Part shown: positions 59,951 through 64,000 of the stretch, in pieces
How the letters are laid out: every line of letters begins with the position of its first letter
How positions within the stretch are numbered: position 1 is the stretch's first letter
Assembly (NCBI GenBank): GCA_028534125.1
Contig: CM052832.1
Span: 23,128,001 to 23,192,000 of the forward strand
DNA length: 64,000 bases
Origin: Lama glama
Taxonomy: Eukaryota
Reading direction: 5' to 3'
The notes under the pieces: model-generated
The model's database searches: none
The model's input: only the letters and a program-made list of their open reading frames with translations
Told to the model about the DNA's origin: nothing
Program-made: the position numbers and the translations under genes

Positions 59951-62239
59951 TTAAATTTCAGGGAAGAAGAGAATGAGGGAATTCCCATCACAGAAAATGC
60001 AAAGATGGTTTCCAGAAAGAGGGACTCAAGAGACAGGACCAAATACAGATACGAAGCCACTATAAACTGTTCTTTATCTTAAGGATTCCATATTTGAACC
60101 AATCCTGAAGCAAATGAGGTTAAGAAATGTTTATGTTAGAAGATTTGCATGTAGAACACTGTTTTCCTCTTCTTGGTTTCAGGGCAGCCAGACAGAAGAA
60201 ATTAAGTGTAATTAAATATAAAAAGTATCAATTAGCACTGATTCTCCCATCTACAGGGAGAAATGACCAGTGGGGAATGAGTGATCTAATCCTCTTTCAA
60301 GCCTCAGAAGAGTCGGAAGCCAGACATCAATCTAATCACATGAGAATACATCACAGGGAAGTACAGCCCTGATAAACCAAAGGGGCTGTTGTCCCAAAGT
60401 AGCCTTTGTTCAGCAGGTCGTTATGATCCCTAAAGTAATCGTAGCTGACGTCCTGTGAACTTACACTAAAGCAAATCTAACAGCCCTGGGGGGAAGCTCA
60501 GTCTTGAATGATACTTCACTCCTACATACCATTGAATATTTGAAATCTTTATACAGCTGACAAGAATAAGCATGATAATCTGGCAGAATGAGCACCTTCC
60601 GCATCTATTCCTACTTTTATTAGTTTTCACCACACAGACGCAAACCAACCACTTCTCCATTCTCAAAATGACTTCACGTTTCAGTGTTGAATGGGACATT
60701 CCTAGGTTATAACTTTCTTCTTTTTCTGCAATCATCCACAATGGGTCCCACCGACACATTGTGTCATACTGCCTCACCCATTTCTCTCTGCACCTTGTTC
60801 AATGAAAATCACATTTATGTCTCACCAGTCAATGGTTTTTATGGCATTTTCTAATCAGCATAGTTACATCGACAAAGATATTATTTACAAACAAGGTCAC
60901 ATTCAGAGGTGCAGGGACAATACATCTCCTACTGGGAAGGAAGACCACCATCCAGCCCACTACAAGCCCCACACTTCTAAGACCCGTGGCCTGACACTTG
61001 CCTGTAAAGGACATCCTTCCTACAGCCTCCCCAGAACCCCTAGGTTCAGGAAAGAGATCACTGGGTTTGTCCACTGTGCACTGTGCTCAAGGGAACTCTG
61101 TCCCCTCTACCCTGGGGCAGGCAGATACTGTCTCTGCACGTAGAGGATTGCTGTCAGAGATCTAGCTTCACATGCGAGGAGTCTACAGTAGTAGAAGGTG
61201 CGGAACATAATCAGTCTCACTTGACTTTTCCATCCCCCTTAGCAGAATGGAAATTTTAACTTTCTCTTCTTTCACCTTCCCTGGAATTTGCACATAATGC
61301 TTCACAACAACATTTTCTAAACCATGTCTGCAGAACAGGAGATGTTGTACTTGTTCTACAATTAGGTGCTCTGAGTGACCACGCACACAAGCTTATCAGC
61401 AGCTTTTAGAAGCTGCCAGTAAAGTAAGCAAGCTTTAGTATTTTACTAAAATACACCTGGTTAACCACATTTAACCCAAACTCTCTCTGCTTCAAAGACC
61501 TTTTTTTTACAGAGCATCTTTTAAGATCTCATAGAATGTTAATGTCCTGCAGAATACACTTGGAAAATGTTTTTTGAAAATTTGAAAAATGGGGAGTGCC
61601 ATATAATTAATATTATGTAAGCAAAATTTATTGTCTTCTCATTCCCAACATTAGAATACAAAGCTGTATTTTAAGCCACTCTGGTATTATTGGTTTAAAA
61701 TTAAAGTCTCAATCGGACCAATTTTGGTTTTCCTCCTCCTTTGAGCTGAGCACTCTGAATTATCTGGCGTCTGTAGAGGATGAAGTCACCAAACCAGCAT
61801 AGAATAAACCTCAAGGTACTTTGGAAGGCAGTGACCCACCTCCTCTTCATCTGCTCTCTCCAGCCTCCTCCCAGTAGTAGTTAACTTGTATGTAACAAGC
61901 ACTAATTGGCTGCTCTCTAAGAACGAAGCAGTGAGTTGTAACACTCCCTCTTGCACTGATGAAATCTATATGTGAGAAGAATAAGTCCTAATTATTTTTC
62001 CTTTTACAGACATAATAGGATAATAATTCAGTGATTATCTATATGTTTAATATAAATGAGAAACATCACGACTTACAAAATAAACAATTAACAGGGAAGT
62101 TTTCAGTGAGTCATTTCAAATTCTAGAACTTGATAACTTTAAGCACAGATACCAAATACTATTTTAAAAAATGGGCACTATGTATGTGCTAATGAGCCTG
62201 ATTATACAGTCCCCCTCCATTTCCTGAGCCTGGGATTTT

Positions 62240-63060
62240 GGAATTGACACTGACCCAGAAGTCAGTAGACCTAGGTTTCAGTTCCACTGGAATGACCACA
62301 GACAAATCCTTCTGAAATTGGAGCTTCCAAATACACAAAAGGACACACTAATTCTGCCAATCCTCATTACTCAAGGATTCCATATTTGCTAACTCACCTA
62401 CTTGCTAATATTCATTTGCAACTCCCAAGTCAGAATGCATGGTGCTTCCACAGTCATTCATGCACATGCACAGAGTGGCAAAAAATCCGAGTCATGCCTG
62501 TTCCCAGCTGAGGTGGGACAAGGCAAGGCTCTGCCTTCTGCTTTCAGCTCTCATAGTGCAAACAAGTATCCCTTTTGTGATCTATTTAGTGAAACAGTTT
62601 CATACTTTTTGTGGGGTTTTTTTTCATGATTTCACTCTTTAAAATGGTCCCCAAGTGTAGTGCTACAGTGCTGTCTAGTGTTTCTAAGCACAGAAGTCTA
62701 TGATGCGACGGAAATACATGTTTTGGATAAGCTTCATCCAGACATGAGTTATAGTGCTGCTGGCCATGAATTCAATGTAGGTGAATCAAAAATATATATC
62801 AAATAACGTATCTTTGAACAGATACACACATAAGGCAAGGTTATGTGTTAATTGACTGATGAAAATGCTGTGAGCAGAGGCTCACAGGGACTTAACCCTG
62901 CATCTGCCTGAGGGAGCAATGGTTTAGAATTCACTAACTCAGTGTTCATGACGACTTTGTAGAACAGAACTGCTAATGAATAACAAGAATCAACTATCCC
63001 AGCTTCACAAAGTAGTTGTGATGTGTAAATGAGAAAATACATATTTTTAGCAATATATAA
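62240..63060 (+). mobile_element. MIR split by the MER82 insertion
   Basis: CAGAAGTCAGTAGACCTAGGTTTCAG... before 62354 and CTTCACAAAGTAGTTGTGATGTGTAAATGAGA after 62996. Confidence 0.55.
62354..62996 (+). mobile_element. MER82 (TcMar-Tigger non-autonomous element), near full length
   Basis: ATCCTCATTACTCAAGGATTCCATATTTGC...TTCCCAGCTGAGGTGGGACAAGGCAAGGCTCTGCCTTC...GAATAACAAGAATCAACTA, with decayed TIRs. Confidence 0.9.
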
Positions 63061-63439
63061 CAACTCTTTCTGAATACTTGTCACAATCCAGGCTCTGTGT
63101 TGACACTGTGAACTGACATACTGACCGGTCAGGGTCCCTGTTCCACAGAAGGCAGAGATAGGGGAGCACTCAGAAGAAGCTTTAAGCAATATGTAATGTT
63201 AACTTCTTTATTAATATTAATGTTTTCCATATTTAGGCTATTTAAAAATACCTGTCTTCAAAATGTAGGCTTTGTTCTTTTAGGACCAGAAATGGATTTG
63301 GAAAATTAATGTTTTCACAAAATGCCCCTTATTGAAGCCATAAAAGTGAAGAAAGAAAAAAAAGTAAAACATTTCAAGAAAAATCCAGTATTTGGGATTA
63401 TAGAAACTCTACATTGAAATAGTTATTAAGCACAAAATG

Positions 63440-63725
63440 CACAGGACATTTTATAAAGAGTAGAAGAGCTAATTTCCCACGAGTCTTTAGAAGACTGAAT
63501 TTAGATCAAGGAGAAAATAGACGTACAGCAAAGAAATATTGGGCTATCAGAGGGTCATTTGGTCCGAGGTGCCCAGGATGCTAAACAAACACAAAAAATA
63601 AAAACAATTCTGGTCAGAGTAGAGAGTTGTAAGTAAAACCAAGGAGGTACAAAAGTAAAGCCAAGAGGTTCACCTGGATATCAAAGTCCTTCACGCCATT
63701 CAAATTACAGCCACTGGAGCAGGAG
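63440..63725 (-). mobile_element. L2 fragment
   Basis: TCAAAGTCCTTCACGCCATT..GCCACTGGAGCAGGAGAG pattern. Confidence 0.45.
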
Positions 63726-64000
63726 AGAAGCAGCAGCGGCTGAGACAGGTCAAAAGACGCGCAGGCAAGTGCCACTACGGGCGGGTACTTTAACTGCTGC
63801 TCCGTGTCCCTGGGCCAGTTTTACCAATGAGACCGTAGGCTCTAACCTGAAGACTGTGGCTAAAATGTTTCAAGTATGACAGTGCCATATTTCGTGGTTA
63901 GACAGCTTTGCCCAATCTATTTTCCCCAACTCCACTATCAACTGATTGAAAGGACTTAAGATTCTGAAAATCTAACGTGCCTCGCTCCCCTGGGTGGGTA

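Noticed and set aside
1..64000. CRISPR arrays, operons, prokaryotic defence systems, rRNA/snRNA/known miRNA genes, CpG islands
   Set aside because: None seen by eye. The sequence is CpG-depleted mammalian DNA without regularly spaced repeats or recognisable structural RNA genes. An Rfam/Infernal scan would be needed to exclude divergent ncRNAs.

Overview
Mammalian, CpG-depleted, repeat-rich non-coding DNA, intronic or intergenic. It is most likely camelid, judged from two tRNA-Ala-derived vic-1-type SINEs and young artiodactyl/camelid-type L1 3' ends. I recognise no protein-coding gene. The ORF-track entries appear to be chance ORFs, N-gap artefacts or decayed L1/HAL1 fragments. The window contains a 500-N scaffold gap (3390-3889) and many interspersed repeats: a Tigger1 derivative, MER58A, MER81, MER82, MER102, MER117, MLT1 LTRs, L1MB/L1MC/L1ME, HAL1, L2, L3/CR1 and MIR. 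Four things merit a second look. (i) Minus-strand exon and promoter signals at 7.9-16.7 kb could be alternative 5' exons of an unidentified gene. (ii) There is a very old APE-endonuclease LINE relic at about 22.2-24.4 kb and a very old hAT transposase relic at about 26.5-27.8 kb. (iii) Several tiny TSD-flanked retro-insertions occur, including tail-only and possible 3'-transduction events. (iv) A few candidate enhancers. I do not see convincing evidence of a novel biological system. Repeat names come from my recollection of consensus sequences, not from a search. Boundaries of old repeats are approximate.
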